Source: Ginglymostoma cirratum
Lineage: Eukaryota
Direction of reading: 5' to 3'
Assembly: GCA_024137785.1 (NCBI GenBank)
Contig: JAHRHZ010000024.1
Coordinates: 11,992,581 to 12,056,580 of the forward strand
Length of the DNA: 64,000 bases
In this document: piece after piece, positions 13,301 through 25,452 of the stretch
Numbering within the stretch: the first letter of the stretch is position 1
Layout of the letters: every line of letters begins with the position of its first letter
The notes under the pieces: model-generated
The model's input: only the letters and a program-made list of their open reading frames with translations
The model's database searches: none
Told to the model about the DNA's origin: nothing
Made by a program: the position numbers and the translations under genes

Positions 13301-14237
13301 AAGTAGGTGCATCAACAGTACACATCAAAATAAATAGCTTTGATCTAATATCCATTACAATGAGGTGATTACAGAATAACCAGTTTTGGGAATCTATGTC
13401 CCAGGGCATGCAACCTTTAGAGGAGGTAAGCGAAACGCTGATAAGGGCATAGTCCTGACCATAAAACGTAGGATCAAGACAAATAGAATGAGATGATCGG
13501 TGTTGGTCATTTCGCCCTCAAGCCTGTTCCACCAATCAATGGGATCCTGGTTGAGCAGCATTATATTTCCATACAGTTCCTGCCTTGTGATGCGTGCTGT
13601 AGGTTGTCTAAGTCTCCAAAGTAAAGAGGCACATGGGATCACTGCTGCCTGATAAACCATTACCATATTTTCAGTTTTGAGATCCTGATTCTCAAATACG
13701 CCTTTCCTCAGACATTCAAAATTTCAAAAGTCACTGGAGAGATGATAATAATGAACTTTGTCATCTTTTCCTTCCTTCATTGAGAGGAAGTTCCCATGAT
13801 CCTGAAAATGGTCCACATTTTCCAGGATCTCAGTAATGATCATAATTGATGAGGATAGTGTAATGCAGTCAGAATGATTTGGAAAAGGAAACTATGAAAG
13901 GCTCAATGTTTCTTATGTTTCAGAGAAGTAATTGACGTTGACCTGGTGCTCAGGTTCTCAGTAAAGTGCACACACAAGCAACATTTGCATACTGGGACCC
14001 AACGACTGAAAAGTCTCATCAGTAGTGATTGTATGAGGTGTACCCTCTCCCAAGTCAAAACCATTCAACTGATAATCATGCAAACCGAGCTCTGCTGGGT
14101 GGAACGTGCCATCTGTATGCTTCACACTAGACCTATAACATAACTTTTGTTCACAGGATTCCAGGAAATGAGTGGGAATGTCTTGGACTTGTTCTCAAAG
14201 CATCCCTGAAGGGGTCAAACATCCCCACAAATCTGTG

Positions 14238-15005
14238 TTCACCTGCACATCTGCCAATGTGGTATACTGCATCCGCTGTACCCGTTGTGGCTTCCTCTAC
14301 ATCGGGGAAACCAAGCGGAGGCTTGGGGACCACTTTGCAGAACACCTGCGCTCAGTTCACAACAAACAACTGCACCTCCCAGTCGCGAACCGTTTCAACT
14401 CCCCCTCCCATTCTTCAGATGACATGTCCATCCTGGGCCTCCTGCAATGCCACAATGATGCCACCCGAAGGCTGCAGGAACAGCAAATCATATTCAGCCT
14501 GGGAACCCTGCAGCTCAATGGTATCAATGTGGATTTCACAAGCTTCAAAATCTCCCCTCCCCGAACTGCATCCCAAAACCAGCCCAGCTCGTCCCCGCCT
14601 CCCTAACTTGTTCTTCCTCTCACCTATCCCCTCCTCCTACCTCAAGCCGCACCCCCATCTCCTATCTACTAGCCTCATCCCGCCCCCTTGACCTGGCTGT
14701 CCTCCCTGGACTGACCTATCTCCTCCCTACCTCCCCACCTACATTCATCTTTACTGGCTCCATCCCCGCCTCCTTGACTTGTCTGTCTCCTCTCCACCTA
14801 TCCTCTCCTCTATCCATCTTCTATCCGCCTCCCCCTCTCTCCCTATTTATTTCAGAACCCTCTTCCCCTCCCCCATTTCTGATGAAGGGTCTAGGGCCAA
14901 AACGTCAAGCTTTCCTGCTCCTATGATGCTGCTTGGCCTTCTGCGTTCATCCAGCTCCACACCTTGTTATCTCGGATTCTCCACCATCTGCATACCTATT
15001 ATCTC
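14238..15005 (+). mobile_element. PLE family A, short copy (GIY-YIG + tail)
   Basis: FTCTSANVVYCIRCTRCGFLYIGETKRRLGD; hammerhead-like CTGATGA..AAAACGTC at 14879-14906. Confidence 0.92.
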
Positions 15006-16140
15006 TGTGGGCATCCTTGCCTTGTTACTGACCAAAACGGAAAAAGTTTGTTCAGGAAGGCAACAAACTCATCAAGATATTGTTATAGGTGCTTCAGAGG
15101 AAAGCTGAGGCATTGGAGGGAGGGCACAAACCTCCAAACTCTCCATATACAACATCCCCACCTCCCGCGCTTCCCCATTAAAGTATTACCCTGCATGTGG
15201 CACTTCATATATAGGACTTATCAAATATCTCAGAACACATTGAACCAGAAGGAAAACAAATCATCCTCAATCCTGAGTGACGGCCTAAGAAGCAACTACA
15301 TATACCCACCTTGGCCCATATCTAATGACACTCTTGATAAGTAAAAAATTAACAAACTTTATTTAAAATTAATAATTAATAACATGTCAATTTCTATTTA
15401 TAGATGCAAGTTTCAAACTCCTATCAGGTTTTGTTTAGCTGACTTTCACTCCTAAATGGTCAAACTGTAATTTTAGTTGATTATTCCCCCTTTTCTTCGA
15501 CTCTTACAAGACAATTGAGAGAAAGGGTCTTAGCTCAAAAAAATTTGGATGTTTGAGTTGAACTAGGAAACAAACAGTGGTCTGGAAATAGTCTTACAAG
15601 TAGTTTACAGGCACCCAACTGTTCTTGTAATGTCAAGCAGAGTATCAGGGAAAAAAAAAATCTGGATTACATAACAAGAGTAATGTCGTATTGATGGGTG
15701 GTTTTAAAAGTCATATTGACTGAGCAAATCAAATTTTCAGTGCAAGATATTGCAGTATACTCAGTATAGTATAGAATGCTTGTGTAAGATAAGTTCATAA
15801 AATACATTCACAATAGTTTTCGGGATTAAATAGCTTATTCAGAGTGTTAAGAAGCATTTTAGGGAAAGAAAGAGGGTGCAGAATGAAAGAGATGTATAAG
15901 GAGGGTTTTTCAAAACCTTACAACATTGACAGTTGTAGACCTTTCCACAGGTGGTGGAATGAATAAAATTGTATTGTGCAAGCAGCCAGACTTGAAGAAA
16001 CTGAGCAGTTCACAGAGTTAGAGGCTGGAATTTAACAGTTATGTGGGTGGGATGGAACACGTGCTATTCACAACAACCCCAGACATCTCACCCTGAAGGA
16101 AAACAGTCTTCAAAGCACCAACGTTATATACGGCTGTTTC

Positions 16141-16848
16141 AGAGATAGTAGGAACTGCAGATGCTGGACAATCTGAAATAACAAGGTGTAGAGCTAGATG
16201 AACACAGCAGGCCAAGCAGCATCAGAGGAGCAGGAAAGCTGACGTTTCGGGCATAGGCCCTTCTTCAGAAATGGGGGAGGGGTAGGGGAATCTGAAATAA
16301 ATAGGGAGAGAGGGAGAGGCAGATAGAAGCTGGATAGAGGAGAAGATCTTCTCCTCAATTCATCTTCTATCTGNNNNNNNNNNNNNNNNNNNNNNNNNNN
16401 NNNNNNNNNNNNNNNNNNNNNNNNNNNNNNNNNNNNNNNNNNNNNNNNNNNNNNNNNNNNNNNNNNNNNNNNNNNNNNNNNNNNNNNNNNNNNNNNNNNN
16501 NNNNNNNNNNNNNNNNNNNNNNNNNNNNNNNNNNNNNNNNNNNNNNNNNNNNNNNNNNNNNNNNNNNNNNNNNNNNNNNNNNNNNNNNNNNNNNNNNNNN
16601 NNNNNNNNNNNNNNNNNNNNNNNNNNNNNNNNNNNNNNNNNNNNNNNNNNNNNNNNNNNNNNNNNNNNNNNNNNNNNNNNNNNNNNNNNNNNNNNNNNNN
16701 NNNNNNNNNNNNNNNNNNNNNNNNNNNNNNNNNNNNNNNNNNNNNNNNNNNNNNNNNNNNNNNNNNNNNNNNNCGAAACGTCAGCCTTCCTTCTCCTCTG
16801 ATGCTGCTTGGCCTGCTGTGTTCATCCAGCTCTACACCTTGTTATCTT
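16141..16848. mobile_element. Fold-back (head-to-head) pair of PLE family A tails spanning an assembly gap
   Basis: Minus copy at 16141-16346 and plus copy from 16347, resuming after the gap at 16774; intact hammerhead core on minus 16241-16268; flanked by ttatata(c/a)ggctg. Confidence 0.85.
16374..16773. other. Assembly gap (400 N)
   Basis: Run of N. Confidence 1.
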
Positions 16849-17289
16849 ATATTATATAAGGCTGCTCTGTTGCAAATAACATGCCTCTAGGCAATGTTAA
16901 AGAAGTGAAGGTTCACTTCTCAATGAAAGGAAGTCTGGCCTTGAGAGCTGCCGGGCAATCTGATTGGTGAATAGCTCTAGAAGTTCCAGTAACACCTGAA
17001 CTCTGTCGTGGACACTTCTGGAACTGCAACGAGGCCCTCAATGATCAAGGGTGGATCTCAGAGATTGTGGATGGAACCTGGAACCAAGTTATTTTACATT
17101 GTAAATATAAAATAATGAGATTAACAACTGAAGTATACATAATGATGACGATCATGATGTAGTAATGAGATCAATGTATATCATTAAGTGAAGAGGAAAC
17201 AGAAACTTTCACATTGCATGTAGTAGTATGTTTTACATCAAGCTGTAACTGAAGTTGTATCATTCTGGGAGAATAAACGGTTTAGTTAA

Positions 17290-17950
17290 ATTCATTCATG
17301 GCATACAGGCATCACTGGCTGGCTAGAACTCAATGCCCATCGTTAATTACCCTTGAGAAGGTGATGATGAACTGCTTTCTTGAACCATTATAATCCATTT
17401 GGTGTATATGCATCCACAATGCAATATTAATGGAGTTCCAGGATTTTGGCATAATGACATTGAAAGAAAGGTGATATTATTCTGAGTCAGAATGATGAGA
17501 ACCTTGAAGAGTAATTTGCAGATGATGGTATTTCTGACGATCTGCTATCCTTGTCCTTCTAGATAGTAATAGTTTGGAAGGTGTTGTATAAGAAGCCTTG
17601 ATGAACTTCCGCACTGCACTTTATCAGTGATAAACATCGCTGCTACTGCGAGTTGGTGGTGGAGGGTGTGAATGCTTATGTGTGTGGTGTCTATCAAATG
17701 GACTGCTTTGTTCCAGATGATGACCAGCTTCTAGAATGTTGTTGGAGCTGCTGCCGTCCAGGCAAGTGAAGAATATTCCCTCACACTTCTGACATGTGTC
17801 TTGTTGGGGAGTCAGAAGGTGAGGTACCCAATGCAGCAGCAGCAGTCTCTGATCTACTCTTGTAACCAATGTACTTATATGACTCGTCCAATTCAGTTTT
17901 TGGTCAATGGTAATCACCAGAGTGTTGAAAGACCCAAATTCACAATTATT
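17290..17950 (-). mobile_element. L2/CR1-superfamily LINE 3' fragment
   Basis: ITIDQKLNWTSHISTLVTRVDQRL plus the tail shared with 2640 and 34965. Confidence 0.8.
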
Positions 17951-19009
17951 CATGGTTGCAGTGGGAAAGCTACAAAGAAGGATCAAAGCCAGGAACTGAA
18001 GTGAACCTCATGTTCACCAATAAGAAACAGAACTTTTCTCAAAGGCAACAGAATTGTCAGAAAATCAGGGGAACAGGTGGAAAATGGACCCAGAAATTTG
18101 AATGCAGTGAGCAATGACCCAAGGCAATGACCAGCAGGATAAACATGGGTAAAATATGTAAGAACAAATCCAACACCCAGGAGAAGCATGGAAGCTAACC
18201 TATTAATCATAATAACATTCCAGGCAATTAAGGGACAAAACCAAGCCCAGAAATAGAAGAATTGTAAGCTAAGGTTCATCAGATACAAAACTGCTTCATG
18301 ATTAGATAAGAAAGACCAGAAGGACCAGGCCAGTACATTATTTTATCCTGTGGTGTGATGTATTACCATGACAGGGCAATGAAGTGAATGCAGCATCATG
18401 TAAAGAGGTACAAGTGTATTCAACACTTATTTCTGTATTCATTGAAATTTAATTATTGAACAGATAAAGTATAATAGATGGAAACAGAGACTGAAGAAAC
18501 CATGGTTTCGTTCATTATGATCTTTATAGACTGACAGAAAATTACAATTTTGAAGTGTTGAAGGCAGAATTGATTGGCAATTGGATTGTAGTCAGGGTGG
18601 CAGGCAAGAATTAATGAACAGACCTTTCACAAACCAGAGAAGATATAATGTTAGAGAAAGTGACACAGGTATCAATTGCCTTGTACTTACTTATTTTAGA
18701 GACAACTGTGGGTCTACTAATTTTTGTTGGCTGCCCACCTACTGTTTTATGGGGATGTAAGAAGGTAGGAGAGCACTGGACTAGCCACTCTAGATATCTT
18801 CCTGCCCCCAGCCAATAAGCTTGCCAGTGAGGGGCCTTAAAAACCAATTCAAGATTGGCAAGGCCACAAAGGGACTTGAAAACAAAGATAAGCATTTTAA
18901 AATCAAAGTTGTGTTAAACCAGAAGTATGTGCAAATCAGTGAGCACTGAAATGATGGATGAACAGGATTTAGTGCTAGTTTGTTGCCATTACCGTTTTAA
19001 GGTCATTGA

Positions 19010-19190
19010 CTTCAATTTTGCTAACAGGTCTATTAGGAGAAATTAATCAAATGCTTTTGAAAAGCCTATGTACAGCGTCAACTGCACCTCGATCAATCCG
19101 TTCCAATGTTTCATTAAAGAACTCAATCAGGTTAGTCAAACGTGATGTTCCTTTAACAAATCTGTATTGGCTGCCATTTATTAACGCATA
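19010..19190 (-). mobile_element. CR1 RT fragment
   Basis: SQYRFVKGTSRLTNLIEFFNETLERIDRGAVD. Confidence 0.8.
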
Positions 19191-19904
19191 TTTATGATGA
19201 GAGGACTGCATTAGTTCCAACTCCTGGCAAGGACTTATTTTGATGCATTCAAATGTGCTTGCTCTGTAGCAGAGATTTGAAAGTGTGAAATTCATTACTT
19301 TCAGCAGATTGTCTTTCATGGCACCTAGAGCTCCTTGAGTTCTTCTGAATGTCTTTTTAAAATCATATACAATAATTAAACTCAACTAATAAATAGATAG
19401 ATGGGAGAGAGATGCATAGACAGGCAAGCAATTTGACCAGTATCAAATCACATTGACTCTAACTCTTACTATTAAACACGTGGGGTGTTCATGATTATTA
19501 TTTCCTTCAAATGGTCTGGCACATATATAGATATCAAATGGTTTATGTCTGAAATATTGAAATACAGCAGCAGCCAGTCTGCACATACACAACCAACCCA
19601 GGATACAAATGAATGGGTCTTGAGATTTTTTAAATAAGAAAATGAAAAAGTATTCCATGCACTTAAAAAAAAAATCAATTTAAGTTGATCTTAACAAACA
19701 AATTTCGGGCTGCAGGATAATGTAATGCTGACTTGGTTTGATGTAAGTAAAGTATTTAGATGACATAGTCACTCAATAGCTCCCAAATAGAGAAAGTATG
19801 TGAGCTGTAACAAGTCACTGGCAGGCACAGGATTATTGTTTAATTCAATGATCATTCAAAAATCAGTTTTATTTATCTGAAACATGTTGAATAAATGGTT
19901 GGAG

Positions 19905-20012
19905 TAAATTACTGCAGATGCTGGAATCTGTACTGAAAACAACAAAGGCTGGAGATTACAGCAGATCAGGCAGCATCCATGGAGGGTGAGCAAACTAACA
20001 TTTCAAGTCTAA
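19905..20012 (-). mobile_element. Old PLE-tail relic
   Basis: actgcagatgctggaatctg..gctggaga..cagcagatcaggcagcatc..aacatttcaagtc. Confidence 0.55.
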
Positions 20013-21207
20013 GTGAAGAAACATTCAATTAAATAAATGGTTAACCAAAATAGAATTCATTTGGATAATATCATTACTCCCTGCCATTTAATATCTCACA
20101 CTCAGCAGGAAGATAACTAATTACAGTTTGAAAGATTTCCTACAATCAGAGGAGTGATATTAATTAGTTGTATATCCGATATCAATTATGCATCCTGGTA
20201 TAATCCGCATCTTCATTTATTATATGTTTGAACCGTTGTCTTATGTTTAATTGCAAGCCATTTATTTGAATTGATTTTTGGTTTCTCATTATCAGCATAG
20301 CTTCAGCAAGGGGAAGATGTTATATCAAGCTTCCTGAGGTGGATTAATACATACAGAGAAGCTAAAATTAACTTGGTAAGAAATGAGTTAAGTTTCCAGA
20401 AGCCACTTCGACTTGAGTCCAAGATTTGAAAAAAAGTCTGAAGATTGCAGCCTGCATAGCTGTTTTAAGGCTTATAATCAGAAACGATGAAGTCAAATAA
20501 AATTCATTGATTAGTTTCCATGGGGAGACAAGAGCAATAGTTAAGATCCATCATTTTCAAGCAGAAGGAGACAAATTTATTACTAAGTAGCTATCCTGCA
20601 TTCAGAGCCAGCAGCCCTTTAGATAATTGTTGATAAGTCATCCGTCCTTGAAAACTAGACTGTCCTCTGTAGAAAAGGTTTTCATATTTATTTTTTGTGT
20701 TAACAGCAATTCTTCTCTGATTAGAATTGTTCAGGCTGCTGGATGCATTTATAATAGTTTAGTTAAAACCCCAAGAAGTAGGTTATTCATTTTGTTCATT
20801 GAATCAGCTGCTTGCATTTTTATCAACTCATAGATACATAACATGATGTGGAACATTAATTATAACTATTCCTTCTCTTGCTTTAGCCAAAGTAAGCATC
20901 AAAAGGGAAAATATTGCTTATTGCTCAATCATTCAACCATGAGTATTTGGTCTTTGCATCCAGCATCAGAAGGGTTAAATGTTCAACGGGCTAGTGGTTG
21001 GATTACCTCACTCATCAAATATAAATGCATAGACCTTCCTACACACTCCAAAGGTAACTGCAAGAAATGGTGATGGAAGGAGTTAATTATCCTGTGATTT
21101 GTCAAGTCTATCCATCATAATTATTGAGGAGGCTATTTCATGCAATTGGTGTTTCAGTTTAATGCAAGCCATTTCCTGGATTGATCTTGAAACAATAAGA
21201 GTAAACT

Positions 21208-21309
21208 AAAATAACAAGGTGTAGAGCTGGATGAACCCAGCAGGCCAAGCAGCATCAGAGGAGCAGGAAGGCTGATGTTTTGGGCCTAGACCCTTCATCA
21301 GAAAAACTC
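21208..21309 (-). mobile_element. About 100-bp solo PLE tail with hammerhead motif and 10-bp target-site duplication
   Basis: AGAGTAAACT at 21198-21207 and 21310-21319; minus strand CTGATGA-A-GGGTCtaGGCCC-AAAACATC. Confidence 0.85.
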
Positions 21310-22109
21310 AGAGTAAACTGATGCTTTGTTCCCTGCACCGACCCCATGGTTTCAGGGAAATGTTGTATTGAACTATTCACAGAAATTTCCTCTGAATTTA
21401 GAGAATGGATATCATTCACATTCCATGAGCCACTTATTTCTTACAGAATTACAGTTTGGAAAGCAATTCCTAAGGTGATCCCACAATTGGTTTGAGCTGA
21501 CAAGGCTGTTACTTTGCATGTTATCATGGAATGAGGTGCTTGAACATTCAATCAGACAGCATAACATTGAGCTGATAGTCTGCTGTGGAGCTGAAATCTG
21601 CAATTTGATCCAGTTTACAGGCATACACGAAAATGCAAAACAGGGCTTAACAGATGCATCAACAATTAGCACATGATGATTATTGGCATTGCCCTCACCA
21701 ACTTTTTTTTTCCAATTTAACTGGTATCTTTCCTGGTTGTTTATAATCTTTCCAGAAAATTTTGGAACCATATAGGTATTTTCAGCACGATGTCTGTCAG
21801 CATTTTGTTAAAGGAGTTCAATTCCATTTCACTATTCCCTTCAGTTATGATATCCTTGAAACTTTGTTTTCAATTGTGATTCAATATTTTTTTCTGAAAA
21901 GATGTAATGGCCTCTACCTTGACAATGTTTTGCTGCTTCAATATCATCTCCTGACCAAAATGCTTGGAAACTAAAAAAACAGTTCTCTAAAAAAACAGCC
22001 TAGAGAATAATATTGGCAATGCCCTGATGACTTTGAGAAAGGGAAAACTGTTAATGAAAAGGCAAAAGCATTTTGGTTTCGTAAATAAACAGAAGGTGGA
22101 AAAGTAAAA

Positions 22110-23095
22110 ATAAAGGATTTACAATATACCTCTCATAACATTAACATTTTCCAAAGAATTTTGTGGCAAATTAAGCACAGTTGAATTGTAGTCAATAGGC
22201 TGAACTTTTTCAGCCGTCGAGATATGAACTGCAAGATACTGGGGAACCACATAAAGATGAGAGACGGTAGCTGGCTAGGGTCAGAGCATACTGATCGTCT
22301 TGCTACTCTCTTATCAACTTATCAACAGCAGAGTAGTGGACAATGGCCTTCTCTCCCAGAGGCCAAATGATTTGCTTCAGTGATTAATTACATGTCTCTT
22401 ATCACTACGGTTGTCAGTTTACTCACATCAGGTTTGACATTTGCCACAATTCGGTCTCTCCTTGAGCTCCAGAGCTGTCTCCAGGGCAATGGCACAAGCA
22501 GCTTTCACCAACCTTAGTGAGCCCTTCTCTGAGCCTTGCTTGACTGGTCCTGTCATCTCCAAACCCCATTTACTTGGTTAGGAAGGTGTATGGCATTGTC
22601 TTCTTCCAGGTGCAGTCCCAGTAGTAACTTCTGCTCCCTGTGCCACTCAACAAATTCATTGCCAGAACTTCCCCCAAAAAGAGGCCAGGAACTGACAGCC
22701 AAAATGGGGATCATTTTGGGCACATTATCTGGGACACTGTTCCAACGATAAAATGAAGGCCACTGTCATAAAGTAAGAATGTGATAACCAATTTCACACA
22801 GCTAACCCACTGAAATAACAATATAATGATGACGAAATAATCTGTTTCAGTCAAGTTAGCATAAATATTGAGGAGGAAACTGTAGGAAACTCCTCTGCTC
22901 TTCTTCAAAGAATGTCCTGAAATAGTTTACGTAAACCTGAGGGGACAACTGGAGCCTCGTCTTAACATTTCAACTGAAAGGCCATGCCACAGAAGGGCAG
23001 CACCTTCCTAACCAGGCATTTCCAGAACAGCACTAAATTGACAGCTCAATTCTGGAATTGAACCCACAAACCTTTGACACAAAGGCCTGAAGCAT
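22110..23095 (-). mobile_element. DeuSINE-like element interrupted by a ~550-bp insertion (about 22197-22750)
   Basis: Deu-like domain ctcctctgctcttcttcaaag..tttacgtaaacctgag..ggagcctcgtcttaac and reverse B box ggaattgaaccc; tail at 22110-22195; the insertion begins ggctgaactttt. Confidence 0.55.
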
Positions 23096-23269
23096 TATTG
23101 ACAATTATTGTACAAAACATTGAGGTGTGTGTGATTTTGAGCACTTCACTTTAAGTAATAAGCCAGAGAGTGCACAGTTCTTTGACTAGCCCTGATGGTA
23201 GAAAACTACCTTAGTAGAAGCTCAACCACTTTGACTATTTACTTTGTAGCAGCAAAATAACATTTTCAC

Positions 23270-24135
23270 ACAAGTGCCAGTTAATAACCATCTCCCCCCA
23301 AACATTCAATGATCTCCTCTTGGCAATCACCAGCCTGTAACTTAGTTCCCAAAGGCTACTTAGTGTCTCCAAAGCACAAGTCAGGAGTGTGATAGAATAC
23401 ACCAAACTACTCAGCTTCAGGTAGAAACCCAATATCATTCAGAACAATTGAGCAACCCAGTGGATTAGCACGCCATTCACTATCTTAAACTATCACTTCC
23501 ATGATCACTGCCATACTGTAAATGTAACACTTAGAAAATGCACTCCAGCAACTCATCATTGTTTCTTTAACAGCACCTTCCAAATCAGTAATGTTTACCA
23601 GATAGAAGGACAAGTTCAGCACAAAGATAGGTACAGGGACAGTAGAAGGCTGCCAAAAAACTTGGACAGGCTAGAAGAGTGGACAAAGAAGTGGCAGACT
23701 GAATACAATATGGTAAGGTGTGAGATTATGCATTTTAGAGGAATCAAGATGCAGGCTATTTTCTAAATGGGGAAAGGCTTAAAAAGTCTGAAGCACAATG
23801 TGGCTTGGGAGTTCTAGTTCAGAACAATCTTAATGTTAACATGCAGATTCAGTTGGCAACTAAAAAGGCAAATGCAATGTTAGCATCATTTTAGGAGGGT
23901 TAGAATACAAGGCCAGAGTTGTATTGCTGAGGTTGTATAAGGCTCTGGTCAGACTGTATTTGGAATATTGTGAGCAGTTTGGGGGTTGAGAAACATATCA
24001 GCCATGATTGAATGGCAGAGCAGACTCAATGGACTGAATGGTCTAATTCTGTTCCTATAAATTACATTCTTATAGTCTAGTTACCATTTGCAAGTTCCAA
24101 TCTAAGCCACATATTATCCAGAAACAGAACTATGG
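23270..24135 (+). mobile_element. Old L2-like LINE fragment with a nested CR1 fragment (about 23635-24070)
   Basis: tccaaagcacaagtcaggagtgtgatagaatac motif; CR1 part encodes LDRLEEWTKKWQ.EYN..KCEIMHF. Confidence 0.65.
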
Positions 24136-25145
24136 ACAATTTTTCACATAGTTTCTCATTACATCTGGTGATGAATGTGTTATGACATGAGAGCACTAAC
24201 TCGATTACCCATCAATCAGCTCATGGAGAGTCCAAGGATGAGTATCACATATTATCAAGTGTCTTAACACTGGAAACCAAGCAGACGCCAACAGCTTCTG
24301 ACTCCTAAAGTCCACCAGATGGCACTAACTCCAGAGTGGCCAAGTGACTACAAGATTTTTTATCTTCTTTTCATGGACTGTGGACCACAGGAAAGGACTT
24401 AGTGGTTTGGAGGAAAGGACAGAGGCTTTGGCTTTCAGAAAGAACTCTTTGGCTTTCATGTCCATCACAATGAAGCCAAATGCCACATATTATCCAGAAA
24501 CAGAACTCTGGCACAGTGTGGTATGAAGGTTCCCAAGATATTCATTGCCATAACTACATAAGGAGCTCTGAGGGAAGTGATATTATCCAGCCATACTTTG
24601 CACAACCAAAAATTTAACGCTAGATTGGGAACAGAATTCTGCCAAGTCCATGAAGCCCCCACTAGTCCTATCTAGCCATCAATACCAGCACCAAAGAAAA
24701 TCACAGACCACACCCTTGAGTACTTTAGTTTCAGTGAGATTACCTGACGGTTGTGAAGTGTTGTCTTCCAGTGCTACCTATGGAATGTGTTTGGGAAATG
24801 GGAACTATAGATTCCACTTTGAAGACCTTTCTTTGGTTATGGTTGCTTTGCTGATGTAGAAAGGAGGAAATAACTGCAATATCGCAATGTGACACTTCTT
24901 ATTGATTGAGGCTATTCCTTGAGGAATGTAAATTCTTGAACAATGAACATCCTGCTATTGAACAGCAAATTGAAGTCAGATGTGGGCCATTATCGAAACA
25001 GTGGATGCACATTTCCTGCAGTTGCTACCAGAAGAGCCTCCAATTCCAAGGTTCTTGTGAGTGATTTGTAGGTTCAACCTGAGACGCAAGGGAATCTCCA
25101 TGTCCTTCATGTTCGCTTTTGTGTTGATATCCTTGTGGCCCCTAT

Positions 25146-25452
25146 GGGGATGGCATGATGGCTCAATGATTAGCACTGCTGCCTTGCAGGTCCTGAGTTA
25201 GATCCCTTGCCTGTGTGGAGTTTGCACATTTTCCTCATGCCTTCCAGGTGCTCCAGTTTTCTCCAACAGTCCAAAGTTCTACAGGTTAGTTGAATGGCCA
25301 TTCTAAATTACCCCATGATGTCCAAGAATGTGCAGACCAGGTGAATTAGCCATGGGAGATGCAGGGTTACAGAAACTGGGTGGATATTCTTGGAGGTCAG
25401 TGTGGACTTGATGGGCCAAATGGCCTGCTTCCACACTGTAGGGATTCTATGA
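25146..25452 (+). mobile_element. tRNA-derived V-SINE (HE1-like)
   Basis: Colinear with 10845-11160 and ends in gggattctatga. Confidence 0.85.
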
